A stretch of DNA of 64,000 nucleotides from Moniliella sp. 'wahieum' (Eukaryota). The DNA lies in contig RSEE01000004.1 of the NCBI GenBank assembly GCA_003971905.1, positions 868,001 through 932,000 of the forward strand, read 5' to 3'. The notes under the pieces were generated by a model. The model was not told where the DNA came from. It searched no databases and saw only the letters and a list, made by a program, of their open reading frames with translations. The translations under genes were made by a program, and so were the position numbers. Below, in pieces: positions 13,901 through 24,917 of this stretch (position 1 is its first letter; every line of letters begins with the position of its first letter).

Positions 13901-16900
13901 TCGGCTTGCAAGTAGAACGACCGCCAAGCAGCTGGGAGGGGACTCCGTTTCGCATCATGAATGTCCACCATCAGCCGCGCCAGTTGTGCCGCGCCATGGG
14001 AAATGTCAGTTTCGGCCGAGCAAAGAGTGAGCAGGACAGCCACCTCAGCTTCCACAGCTTCGGCCGCCTGGATCGCTTCCCATGAGCCTAGAGTGCCAGC
14101 AGCGACCGAGAGGCCATTCGATTTTCCATCAGCGAGATCCACAGTTGGACTCTTCTGTAGGCGAGCCAAGCGGGCAAGCAAAATATCATGTGTCAGGTGG
14201 AGGTAAAGACGCCGCGTATAGGGCGAATCGGCCCACATGATCCTCTCGTAGAAGGCCAGCAACAAATACGGCGCCACAATCTCCTGCGCCGCCACCAGGT
14301 GCGGTTGCGGTTCTTTTGCCGGCCGCCAGATGGGGATCATCAGTGCACCCAAAGCAGCGGGGGCAACCTTTTCCCAGCCATGGGCTTGGGCTGTGAATCC
14401 CACGGCCCAGGCCAGGCTGAGAGGGGTGTCCACGTTGCGCAGTTCGCCCCAGAAAGAGTCGTGGGCCCATGGTGCACGCGCCTCAGGCGGGGGCCGGGGA
14501 CGAAGGTCTTTGCCCATCCCGTGGGTACAAAGAGCAAAGTCTGCTTGCCACAGGTGCAGAATATAGACCAACAGCTCCTTCCTCCGTGCTGGTGGATCTG
14601 TAGCATTGTTGACGGCCACCGCGGCAGGTGTCAGTCCGGGCTGCCCCGATGCTGAACCACGCGTGAAAGAAAGTTTGCCCGAGGTGGATGGAGAACCGAC
14701 TGCGAGGGGGGTAAGGCCCCCGAAACGTTGCTTGCAGGAAGACCACTGGTCTGCAAGGTGATCCCATGCGCTGTTTCCTTGAACATATGCCGAAGCGGGA
14801 GGGCGATGATGGGATAGAGACTCGTCAGAGATGGGCGCCACGTGGCCCGCCCCGGGCCTGCAGACAAGCGCAGCGCCGCCTTGGCCAGCATGATCTTGGC
14901 GCTTGTTGTCGCCTTGTCAGCAAGACAGCCGGGGATGATCTCAGAGGTGGTACGAGCGGGGTCGAGCGTGTAAAGTGCAGCGAGCAATTCCGACGCAAGC
15001 GCCACCTCGTCTGTGCGTGCCCCTCCTGCGCCTGCCACAAGACGCAGTGGAGTAAACACCCGGTCTCGCAATTCGGGTTCAAGATCGGGCACAACCAGGC
15101 GCAACGCCGCATCCGACATACGGGTGTAGGATGCTGCCACGACAAGATCCACCGCGGCATGAGCAGGAGCATCCGGTGGAGAAGTCGGTTTCGAGCCTTG
15201 CCGAAGCTGCTTGCGCAACGCATCGTAGAAAGCGTGCTTCTTGCCTGTTCCGGCAGCCACAAGCTTCCTGCTCTCGCCTGCTACGAGGCGAGCAACAAGA
15301 TCGGGGCACAAAGCCAAAAGGGATGACATGAGTGGCCAAAAGACTGCGCGTCGTTTGCCCCCTACGTGAGACTCAGATACAGAGGCCACCTGGTCGAAGA
15401 GCGCGTCGGGACCACCATCCAGCCGGCGGTTAGCCTGGTACAGTGCTGCAAACTCGTTCGGGTGGTAGAGGATGAAAGCCCAGATCATCCTCCGCAGAGC
15501 AATTGCCGTGGCCACTTGCGCCGGCCGACGGAAATGGAGGAAGACACTGTTGAGTTCGGCGAGAACGACACCGAGACGTGGTTTGGTCGCATTGATTGCC
15601 TCGAGGATTCGCAGATCGCCCAAGGCAACAGCCAAATCATCCGGGTGGATGGCCGTGGCAGGGTTGCGACCTTGCGCAGCAAGGACGGTGAAACGCTGTC
15701 GCAGACGAGCGAAGACCACACCCCAGTTGGACGAGGAGAGATAAAATACTACCATGGCAGCATGCTTGCTCAGGTCGGCGACGATAGTAGGGAGCGTGTC
15801 GAGGTCACCGCGCGCCGCAGCCTCACTTGGAGTATCGCCAAGAGAGGGCGACATCTCCATCCAAGCGCGATTAAACTGGGGGGGCGAGCTACTATTGTTA
15901 GGGAGGCGGGGAAGGTGGCCGCCAAAAGGTGTGAGCGAGGGCGGGAAGGCGGGAAGCAGCGAAAAGAGAGGTGCGCCGCCACTGTGGAGAAGGTGAGGGC
16001 CGTCCAAAACGATCCTCCTTCTCTGCCTCCTTGGCATCTGCATCCTCCTCCTTGCGCCCTCCGCGGCCTCCGAAACGCTGCAGGGCATCCCTGCCACGGG
16101 ATGAAGCACCTTCGCGGCGGCCTGGGGCTTGGGCGCGTCGAGCATAGCTGGATCAATGAACAGACCGGATTCTTCCCTGGCGGCAGCGTGGCGAAGGTAG
16201 GCCGCCATCAATGCCAGAGCGCGGCGGGCCAGGGCATCGTCGATGGGAAGAGGATCGTCCCAAGCGTCACCGGTGTAGAGTCCGCCGTTCGGGGCAGACG
16301 AATCAAATGCTTCGTTGGGGAGGAGAGAGTCGTTGGTATGGCGCCAGTGACTGAAGAGGCAGGCGACAAGGACCTTGACGAGAAACAGCTGCGAAGCCAG
16401 AAGGTCGAGCCCAGCAATAGAGTCCTCGGCAACCATTTGAAGGGAGCGATTCAGGCCATCGAGCTGCTGTAGGAGTTCGTGAAGGATGAGAGGGAGGGCA
16501 TTGGGTGCGAGTTCGACCAAGTTGGCTACTTGTTTGCGCACCATGACGTCGCACTCGAGAGTGGTCAGACGCCAACCCGATTTGGCAGGAAGCTACGAAG
16601 AAAGAGTTAGTAACCTGCAGAGGTATGATGGTGAATTTGACGTACCTGGTCGGCAATGCGGGCGAAGATGGCGCGCACCAAGGCGGCACCGGGTGCGGAC
16701 GGATCGGTGGTGGACGAAGGCAGCGCATCGAGGGAGGGAGGCGAGCGGGCTTGGAGGGAATGGTTTGTTTGGGGGGGAGGAAAACGTCATCACACGGGTG
16801 GAGGAGGGGGGCGTAGGATGCAGACAACTGGTCGGCCAAACGGGGTGGGCGGTGGGGAGTTGGCGGTGGTGGAGGCAATGGAGGGGCGGTGGGGCGGGCC

Positions 16901-16994
16901 ATGGCGCCGGCGGACGCACGCCGAGGGCACCGGCGGGCATGGCAGCAGCCAACTCGGCGGCCACGAGGGGCGAGTCGGACTCGGGCCGCTCCAT
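7931..16994 (-). CDS. IRA2: Neurofibromin/Ira1-Ira2-like Ras GTPase-activating protein (N-HEAT, GRD, Sec14-PH, C-HEAT)
   Basis: NF1-like N-terminus FARIADQ|LPAKSG (intron 16593..16645); LSNLLAANIDSGLQHSL; GRD arginine finger EMLFRSSS and GGFMFLRFISPAIVAP; Sec14-like RDFDLLVDMT; DVPGTLLNMALLNLGS; AFQYNPHAQSRAFVLLG. Further introns near 12980-13045 and 8235-8295; many frameshifts. Confidence 0.92.
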
Positions 16995-17382
16995 GGGGGT
17001 ATGGGGGTGTGGGGGGAGGGGGGGTTCGGGTGGGGGTGGAGGTGGGGGTGGGGGTCGAAGTGCCCGGGAGAAGGCGAAGCGGGGGCCAGAAGAAGCGCTG
17101 ATGCGCACAGCAGCGCACGGGGGCGCACTGCCAGCAGATGGGACGGCACACTTCCCTCGTGCCTTCCTGCTCCGGAGTCGTCCCAGTTTTGGATGGCACC
17201 CAGTCGTCACACATCACCCCCACACATCACCGGACATCTGTCACTCGTCCTGTCGCATGTCCAACGGCTGCCATGTCTCGCGCAGCAAGCCGCTGATCCG
17301 ATCGATCCGATCACTCAGCCAGTATCATCGATCAAGCTTCAAGCTACATGCTACAGCAGGCTAGAGCTGCAAGGGCCCAACA

Positions 17383-17414
17383 TTCAAGCTTCAAGCTTCA
17401 AGCTTCAGCTTCAA
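17383..17414. repeat. (TCAAGCT)n heptamer array upstream of the neurofibromin start
   Basis: ttcaagcttcaagcttcaagcttcagcttcaa, plus a shorter copy at ~17332. Confidence 0.8.
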
Positions 17415-17911
17415 TGAAGAATCCCCCGCCGGCACGGGCGCCGAGGCCCAGCAGCACCACAGCACCCCAGTGCACGGGCACTAATGCACTGCACCTTGCC
17501 ATAGTGCTCGCCACGTCGCCCCACCTTTTGTGTCGTCTCCAAGATGCCAACGAAGCTTCCTACGACGTTACGTACGACAACAGAGAATGGCGCGCCCCAC
17601 TCGTCTCTGTTGGCGGAATCGACCGACAGTCCCCTCCGCCCTTCGATGCACATCGCATCTCACAGATCTCCCTGCCGTCCTCTCCTGGTCTTCTCGGTCA
17701 ACGGCATCGTCAAATACAAACGGTCAGCAGTGGTATAGGATCTGAATTCATTATGGCATTTGCACTGTAACTTACGAGAGGGACAAAGAAACGCTGCGCC
17801 TATCGCGGCTCGGGCATCCGACGTGTGCTGTTTGCTCGTGCAAACACAACTCGAAACCCACCAGAGTGGTCAGGGGAGGTGAGGACCTTCTGGCCCACTC
17901 CATTCGCTTAC

Positions 17912-18125
17912 TGTTGGGACCCGTGGTCCCGTACTTAGGCCAAGGGTGTCTCATCACCCTTCACCCCTGAATTGTCCTCCCAAGCCTCCACGTGTATACT
18001 AGGCTGTGTTTGAACCCCTGTCTCTAGGTGGGCACAAGGCTTAGACCTAAACCACACATCGCGTTGCATTGCTCTACATCTCCAGAGGTTCTTCACCCAA
18101 TCCCTTGGGTTCCTCCGGTCTTACA
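17912..18125 (+). repeat. 5' LTR of copia copy 1
   Basis: TG..CA termini, near-identical to 23243..23456. Confidence 0.95.
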
Positions 18126-21100
18126 GAGTTACAATCCTCTTGACGCTCATCCCTGAGCCTTCCATCACCCCACTCTTCCACCAACACCTACCTCCCCCTG
18201 GCAGGCTCTCAGGCTCAGGAGTCTTGGTCAACTCCTCAACCCATACTTCGCCAACTGCCGCGCAGAAGAGAGCAACATCCCGTCGGAGTTTGACCAGTCT
18301 CCCGCCGATGACACCATCACGTGAGTCTACTCCTACACCTCAGCCCACCCCGTGGGCCCGACAACACCGCGAACGATGTCGCCACCCTCGCCGACCGCAT
18401 TCGCGACATATTCAAATGGTTTCCCGAACACGTCACCCTCAAACAGCTACAGGATACTGGTAGCAACCTTGGGTACAGCGACAAGACGACCACAGAAGCC
18501 ATTGTCATGTTATCATGTGAGAATCCACCCAAGACTTGCAAGAAACGAAGATGCATATCGTCAACTCCGGCCATCGACGACAACCGTGGCCCTTGACTCC
18601 CGACAAGCTCCTCCGCAGTGCCACTCGCACCAACGTGCCGCACCACGAGAGTTTCCACAACAACAGCTCGTTTTGGTTGTGGACCGGATCTTCCTCCTCG
18701 TATCCAGATTATCCTGGAGCGCGTGAGCATCTGGAACAGGGCAAGGCCCTGGACGGGTATAAGCCAGAACTGGACGCTACTTAGCCAACATTCTACTCCC
18801 GTGGATAGACTCCGACGTCGTCCAGCAGATCACCGGCGATGGCACGCCGGCTCTAGGGTCTGCATACTATCATGCTCTGCGTGATTGTACGGCACCGTTT
18901 CAGACACTGAGGTCTGTAATATCCTCATAAAGATTCTCACCCTCAAAATGGGCACCAGTCGGGCCGCCAATACCTGAATGAGTTCACTGTGGCGGGTGGT
19001 AACCCAGTACGAGATGACGTCCAAGTCCAAGCTGGACGAGATTGGTCTAGCAAAGATGCTACGGAACGGCGTCACTGATCAGGGGTGGTTGCACCTCCAT
19101 CGTAACAGCAGCTACCGAATTGCGCCGAGCAGTGAGCGAACTCGAGGCTCCAACTACGGTAGTACCTCCAGTTCAAGCCCAATTCTTCCAGTACGACCCC
19201 TTCGGAAGCCACCGTCGCACGCCAAACAAACAGTACGGCTACAGGCAGCGGACAAGGCCGAGGTGGCAGCGGATACAGAGGAAGTCACCGTGGTGGCCAA
19301 CGTGGCGGCCATGTTGGCCGGCCGGCTACGACAGCCCAGACCACCTCATGTGCCCATGCAGTAACCCCTATGGCGCTCACTACACCACCCGAGTCAGCTA
19401 CATCGACTGAAACGGAGACTGTCGTGTCCACAACCCCTCCTCACCCCTACTCGGACAGCGCGGGAGGCCTTCCTCCAGCCAACCTCCCTGCGCAACACGA
19501 TTCAGGTGCGAGACCATCCGTATTCAATGAACGAAGTGCGTTTATCAATCTTCGTCCCACCGCGAGCCCATAGCAGTGGCAAACGGACAGATCGCATACA
19601 CTGAAGGCATTGGCACCATCTCTATGTACATTCAAACCCAGAACGGAGCCCCTATCCGCATCCACCTACCCGGCAGCTTGTACTGCCCCACCTTCCCGAC
19701 CAACCTGCTCAGCGCTTACCATCTATCTGTCGCAGGCATTGGCAGCTGGATCCCTCCAGGTGGCCATGGTCTCTATCTCGGACGACACGGCGAACCTTTT
19801 CGTCTCGCCGCCGACTCAAGCTATTCCCTTACTCTGGCGCCCAATACGACAGCCACAGCCAACAGCGCCACTTCGCTACTCAACCTTGATGCAACCCTGG
19901 TCAAGGTGAAAAACGCCCACATCCGATGGAATCATGCACCCCTAGATCAACTTTCATCCCTCACGTCGGACGACCCAGCATTCGAACGGGTCAACAGTGG
20001 CGACATCGCTTTAGTCCGGTCCTCGTGGCACTGTGCACCATGCGCATTAAGCAGAGCCACTGCCCCACCCCACGCCGCGACTGGACGCCCAATCCGATCC
20101 ATTCGCCCTTTCTCTCTCCTCCACCTCGACGTCCTTGACATATCCCGCCAAGGCGGGGGGGTCATACTTACGCCCTTATCATTGTCGACGACTTTACGCG
20201 GTATACCTGGACGCTACCCCTGGTGTCCAAGGGTGATGCCACAGCCGAACTTCAAGCCTTCATCCGGCGCGAGCATCGCCAACATCCCGACCGCCCCCTT
20301 CAGGCGGTCCGCTCTGACAATGCGCCTGAACTCACCACCGCAATGGACGAGTTTTACTGCGACTGGGAGTAGTGAGCGAGCGCACCAATCCTGGCGAAAG
20401 TGCGTCCAATGGGGTCGCCGAACGCGCCATAAGATCGATTACGGATCGCGCTCGACTCATGGTAGTCGCAAACCGATTGATTCCCGACGAGTGGTGGGAA
20501 CACAGCTTATTGGCAGCCACGTATGCACACAACCAGTCGCCGCCGAAGGCACTGGGTGGAGACAGCCGATTTGTCCGGTACCATGGCTTCAAACCTCCCT
20601 TCGCATGCGCGGTTTTGGCACCTTGCTTACCTGCACCTACTGCCCAACCAACGCGAGGGCGGCAAACTTGGTCCGCGGGCGGTCCCAGCTATGTTGGTGG
20701 GTTACGGGCACGGCCGGGTCGAAGGGGTGGCTCTTTGCCATCCACCAGGATGACGGCCAAGTTGGATTCCGTTGGAAAAAGCCGTCCACCTGGACACATG
20801 TCCCGTACACCACCGATATCCCACGCACTTCCATCTGGACCCCCTTGTTCCTTCTGGTGGCGGAGAGGTGCGGGGGGGCGGAGAGATGGGTGCTGGTGGG
20901 AAGTCAGACAGCTCCCCACCCCGGCGTGTGCGTTTTGCGATAGATGAACTGACCCGCGATACTGATGGTAAGAAAGAAAATGCCCCCAATGGAAAAGAAA
21001 ATTAAAAGAACGAAAAACAGAGGCACATCGCCCGGCTCAAGCCAAGAAAATGAGAATTCAGAGCCTGGCCCCACTCCCACCAACTCCAACCCCCGCATGT

Positions 21101-23242
21101 ACCCCCCAACCTGTTGCATCTGACCCCGCAGGCATGGCACAACGCCAGGCAAAGCAAGCCGAAGAAAATGAAACTATCACAAGATGCCGCTGACACTGGC
21201 CACCAAGTCCTGCCTCCCCTCCCTCTTCCGCTCCACCTTCCCCTCCCTCCCCCTCTCCATCCCCTCCCCCCCATCCGACACGCTCGCCCCCGTGACCGTG
21301 CCCCTGAACGATACGGCAGTCCCCGCACTCGTGCGTCGCAACCCGTTCGCCAAGCCGTATCAACGCCCCCCTCGACCTGTCCATTCCGCCAACGACAATC
21401 TACGCGATGGCACTTTTCCCTACTCGTCAACAAGGCCCCTAGCATCTTTGGCAATCCGGCCGCTCTTTCCGCCCTAGGAATGCAGGCTTTGGTGAGTATT
21501 TTCGGACCCGCGCCGGACACTCCATGCTGCCCGCTTCGGAGCCAAGTTCCCCCCATCGCACTCGCAATCGAATCCGCAGCAAGTGACACCGAGGTCATAC
21601 TGACCACCGATGGGGTCCCGGTGGCCCCCAAGAACATCAAGAAGTTGGTGGGCCACCCTGCTTTGATGGCGTACTTGAGGCAATGCGCCTCGAGCTTCGG
21701 CGCTTTGACGAGCGTGACGAAGGAAGTTGTGCCCATCCCCCCGGGGATCAAACCCCTTCCGGCATGTGGGTCCTAGGTACTAAGACGGATGCGGATGCTA
21801 ACTTCCTCAAGTACCGTGCCCGTTACGTTGTGGGAGGGCACCGACAAGTTCCTGGCACATGGGCGAAATCTTTTGCTCCTGCCGTTCGTACTGCTGCCGT
21901 CAACACGCTAATTGCGTTGGCCGAAGCTGATGGCCTCCACTTATTCTCTGCCGATGTGGAAGCTGCCTACCTCTATGCCGATATCAACGAGCTCGTCTAT
22001 GTTCGACCACCCCCCTTCTTCCCAGAAGCGCCCGGTCACTGCTGGAGACTCAAGAAAAGTCTCTATGGCCTGCACCAGAGCGGGGCCAACTTTGGAGATT
22101 GGCTCCGCACTTTCCTTTGCGACCGACTCCACTTCACTAGCCTAAAATCAGAGCCTTGCCTGTTCATACGTCGCACCGAACCTCTTGGCCTGATCTAATG
22201 CCGTCCACACTGACGACTTTTTGGTCGCGTGTCGGTCCCAAGAAGCGTATGATGAATTCTTGGTGGAGTTAAGGCGCAGCATCCAAATTAAATCCAACGG
22301 CCCTACGTTTCCATCTCGGCTGCCAATACGACCGTATCGATGGACGACTGTACATCAGCCAACCCAAATTCATCGCTGAGACGCTTGCCGCGCATGACAT
22401 ATCACCTCACCGGCCCCGCTACCTTCCAATCGGCCACCAACTTCCGCCTCCCAAGCGACCCGAACACGAAAAGCGTGCCACTCGAGACGAGCACCGTGCC
22501 TACCGTTCTATTGTCGGATCCAGCTTGTGGGCGGCTCGTATGTCCCGGCCTGATGCCCTCTTTGCGGCTACCTTTCTAGCGCGGTTTATGGACGATCCGT
22601 CCGCCGCCCACCGACGCGCAGCGGAGGACCTATTACGTTTCTTCGCCGGTACGTCTGACTACTCTTTGTGCCTCACACCCAACAGATCTCGCCCTCTACT
22701 CGAGCTGCACACCGATGCCTCCTTTGCATCAGACAAGAGCAACTCCCACTCCGTTTCGGGCCATGTTGTTTTTGTTTTCGGTGTGCCTGTATCCTGGGGC
22801 TCCAAGTCCCAGAATCAAGGTGTGAGCAACACAGCAGCATCTGAATACCTAGCCATGGGAGATGGCCTTCGAGATGCTCTATTCATTCGCAACATACTGT
22901 TTGAACTTGGTGTCTGCAAGGCTAATCACCCGATTGAGCTCTTTGTTGACAACACCGCTGCCAAAGCGTTGGCCGAAAAGCTCGGCAGCCTAGGCAAAAT
23001 ACGGGAGATTGACGTCTCGTACCACGAGGTGCGGGAACGCATCCACCGAGGCGAAATTAAAGTCCACTACACTCCAGGTGCACACCATCTCCCTGACTGG
23101 TTCACCAAACCTCTTTCTCTTCCCAAGATCATTTCTGCGCGTAACAATTTCGATTTGGCTTCTCTTTCTTCGCGCTGATCCCCTTTCTACTTTTCTTTTG
23201 TTGATGGCCAACGGGTTCTTTCGTTCCCTTGGCCCGGGGGGG

Positions 23243-23456
23243 TGTTGGGACCCGTGGTCCCGTACTTAGGCCAAGGGTCTCATCACCCTTCACCCCTGAT
23301 TTGTCCTCCAAGCCTCCACGTGTATACTCAGGCTTGTTTGAACCCCTGTCTCTAGGTGTGGCACAAGGCTTAGACCTAACCACCACCATCGCGATTGCAT
23401 TGCTCTACATCTCCAGAGGTTCTTCACCCAATCCCTTGGGTTCCTCCGGTCTTACA
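23243..23456 (+). repeat. 3' LTR of copia copy 1
   Basis: Follows the G-rich PPT; followed by TSD CTTAC. Confidence 0.95.
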
Positions 23457-24322
23457 CTTACAAACCGGCTGTAGTGTGATGAGGGTGTGGATACGAGTGA
23501 GAATGGTATAGGCATGAGTGTGGGCGATGAACCATCTCCCAATGAGACTCTTCATCAGTAAATTCCTTCCACAGTCCTCACAACTCTTGTTGGTCGTCTT
23601 GGTACCCCATATACCATCCGTGCGTCGTCATGGCCACATGGGGACGAATGGCCCTCTTGAGTGTGTCCCTGGAACTTGGCATTGTTATCGTATCCCTCTT
23701 GCCCCGACAGTTTCAGAAAGTCATTTTCCCTGTGTGTTCCACAACAGGCGTTGCGATTCGCTAGGGTACCACCTTCCGGTAGGTATCCCCATGGCCGCGT
23801 GTGTGCCTGAACCTGCCCACCCCCCCATGATATGCGACTCATCCATTGATCCCATACTATGCCATTTGTCTCTAATATCCACATTTGGGTCATATAGTTG
23901 TGCATTGGGGAACCACACAGATGCATCTCTCCCAGAGCGTGAGGAAGCAGTAACCTATATGTCATTACTATGCGATTCACAGAGTCGTTATTGGGTGGAC
24001 CTATTAACCCTTTTTTTCCCTCGTCCAATCCCAATCTCGATTTGGTGCGTATTGGGACACACTCTTGGTTGTCTGTTCCATACTTGTTGCAAGCAAATGA
24101 AAGAGCAAGAAGACGATGCTGGGTGGCCCGTTGCCCTTCAACAATCGCTGGCTCACTCTCTACCACGCTGCTCGCCGTTCATCGACCTCTTTATTCATTT
24201 TCGGTCACTACCATGGGCCCTCAAAGGAGAAGCGCACGGGACCTGTAGGTGGAGCTACCAGTATCAATCATTTAAAAAAGCCTTGCAGGGGAAAGTATAG
24301 GAACCCAATAAGAGCTTAGAGA

Positions 24323-24917
24323 TTACTTGCTCTGCTCCTTAGCCTTGTGTTCGGTCCACTCCAGCCAGGAACCGCTCGGTAGTTACGAACGTTCTTGAAC
24401 CCGTGCTGAAGTAGAGTTAATCCAGCGCCTTCTGCGAGCGCTTGCCCGAACGGCAATACACAATCAGCTTGGCATCCCGCCGGGGGCAATGAAGGAAAAC
24501 TATCCAAAAACCATTTGGTCTGGTTGTCATCCCTCCGCCGCCTGAGCGCCCCGTCAGCTCCGACAAGGGCAAGTGACTGCCGAAGGGATCATACCTTCTT
24601 GCGTTCGGCTGGCCCGCACATCAATCAGGGTCACCTCCTGCATCGCACACCTGAGTTAAGGTCCTAGCACAAGAAGGGAGAGAAAGTAGGTACCCCGGTA
24701 GGGTGCTCCGTGAGCGGCTTGAGTTCGTCGTAGGTCACGTCCTTGTGCTCGGTCCACGCGTCAAACGAAGAGCCGAGGCGACCAGCGTGCGCGAGCTGAT
24801 GCGCGGAGGAAGGGGGACAGCGACAGCCATGCGGGTGGTGGTAGGCAGGGGCCCACGCACCCCCCTCAGAAGGGCGGCAGAGCATGAGGGCACAGCACGA
24901 CGCACGGAAGCCAGCAT
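24323..24917 (-). CDS. Mitochondrial single-domain rhodanese / thiosulfate sulfurtransferase (Rdl1/Rdl2-like)
   Basis: Arg/Ser/Leu-rich presequence MLASVRRAVPS..; VTYDELKPLTEHPTG|EVTLIDVR (intron 24638..24693, GTACCT..CAG); EGMIPSAV; active-site loop LIVYCRSGKRS; GFKNVRNY..SWLEW. Manually reconstructed across frameshifts and not shown as one ORF in the track. Confidence 0.85.

Larger units (their letters stand above)
17912..23456 (+). mobile_element. Full-length Ty1/copia LTR retrotransposon, copy 1
   Basis: LTRs 17912..18125 and 23243..23456 (TGTTGG..CTTACA); perfect 5-bp TSD CTTAC (17907..17911, 23457..23461); PPT ending GGGGGGG; order gag, PR (HDSGA), IN (LLHLDV, SNGVAER), RT (KYRARYVVGG, LKKSLYGLHQS, HTDD), RNase H (HTDAS, SEYLA, DNTAA, DWFTK). 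Confidence 0.97.

Noticed and set aside
17383..17414. (TTCAAGC)n as heat-shock elements
   Set aside because: These are 7-bp direct repeats, not alternating nGAAn pentamers.
8425..17417. Long + strand ORFs antisense to neurofibromin, and overlapping ORFs at 50742-51899 and 54176-55954
   Set aside because: Shadow frames expected in high-GC DNA; no recognisable domains apart from the frames already assigned to RGD1.
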